Origin: Macrostomum lignano
Taxonomy: Eukaryota
Assembly: GCA_002269645.1 (NCBI GenBank)
Contig: NIVC01003198.1
Span: forward strand, 1 to 62,104
Length of the DNA: 62,104 nt
Reading direction: 5' to 3'
Shown here piece by piece: positions 60,980-62,104 of the stretch. The notes under the pieces were generated by a model. That model was not told the origin of the DNA. It ran no database searches and saw nothing but the letters and a program-made list of their open reading frames with translations. Position 1 is the first letter of the stretch. Every line of letters starts with the position of its first letter. Made by a program: the position numbers and the translations under genes.

Positions 60980-62104
60980 CCAAAAGGATAACAATTTCTG
61001 CACTCTGAACCCTGCTGGTAGTCAAAGCTTAAATGTCATCCAGCAGTTGAGTTGCGATAACGTTATTGATAATATCATAAAAGCTGAGTTTTATTCTAGC
61101 ATAAATGTACATCTTGGGTTGTTGCACGCGGTCAATAATTCATGTACGCAGTGAGACGGTAAAACTTTTTGCATGCGTTCTGTAGCCTTTACATATACGA
61201 GTAAATGTTTTATTACACCATTATTTTGCCGTTAAAAACCATGCCTTATATTCGTAATCCATTGCACAACTTACTCTTTTGTAAAAAAACTTATATACTC
61301 GTACAACTATTTCTTTTATGTATATACTAAATCATTTATTATTCGCTGTTTCCAGTATAATGCACATCCAATAATAAATTTATCTTAATACGCTCGTACA
61401 GTACGTGCGCCATTAGACCAAAAATACGTTCAGTTAGGGACGTACAGACTCTCCCCCAAACACCTGCCTATCCCCCGGTTGAACAAGCGTGTGTCTTCCC
61501 CCGTCCCCCTTCTCCAGACGTTCACCCAGGTGTACTGCCTTATCCCCAATCTAGACGTTTTGTCTATCCCCCTGGCATTTGCCTATCCCTTTACTCGTAC
61601 CCCTTTTAAACACACCTTTATCCATTAGGCGCCTTGCCTCCTTATTTCCTCTGGTATTCTGCCATTCCCCATCCCCAAGTCCTTTCCCCCATCATAATGA
61701 TGGGTTTCGGCCTTTTCGGCCCCTTTCGGGAAGCCTTCGGGCCTCAGGTCTCAGAAATAAATCAATTAGAGTCCTGGCCCCCCACTCCTGTCAGATGGTC
61801 AGCCCCATGGTAGCTTGATCGTGTGGCGAGCAGTCTTATAGGTCCTATAGCTAAGAGAGGGACAGCGAGCGAGAGACGAGCAGGGAGAATTTTAAAGGTA
61901 GCGATCAGCTAATCCGCAGATCAGCTAACTTGCTGCCACCAGCCCGTGCGTCCTGGCTCACCACACTGGGACTCTCGAAATCGGGCTTCCGACTAGAAGG
62001 GGCTTTGCACTTACCTGCCAACTAGTGTCTTTTTGCTGTCAATCTCGAAGTCATAGCCGATGATAAGGGACACTGCTGGGACTAGATCGCAATTGTCCAT
62101 GCAG

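Larger units (their letters stand above)
45127..61255. repeat. Segmental duplication, copy 2 (partner 1-15748)
   Basis: See copy 1. Confidence 0.97.

Overview
Repeat-rich, intron-containing eukaryotic (invertebrate-animal-like) DNA; the species cannot be determined from the sequence. The window covers about 1.4 units of a ~45.15-kb tandem segmental duplication (1-15748 recurs at 45127-61255). Each unit appears to carry two paralogs of a four-exon gene of ~1480-1530 codons. Gene A has an intact reading frame in exon 1 (38259-41081) and its other exons at 50935-53598; an upstream copy's exons 2-4 lie at 5766-8450. Gene B (15787-21031) has one in-frame stop and one 4-bp frameshift. By motif reading alone, the protein joins an IFIT-like TPR N-terminus, a HEPN-like putative nuclease region, four ZC3H7-type CCCH zinc fingers and a low-complexity tail, which suggests an undescribed RNA sensor/nuclease immune gene family. 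The paralogs are strongly diverged in the N-terminal half and nearly identical in the C-terminal half of exon 1, consistent with gene conversion. The rest is transposon-derived: a complete 10.3-kb CMC/EnSpm element with two intact genes, a decayed Gypsy element inside gene A intron 1 with a (PASAQ)33 integrase tail, solo LTRs, hAT MITEs, LINE fragments and minisatellites. Scattered 1-bp indels suggest long-read errors, so single-base frameshifts are uncertain. Family assignments are from memory of motifs, not database searches.
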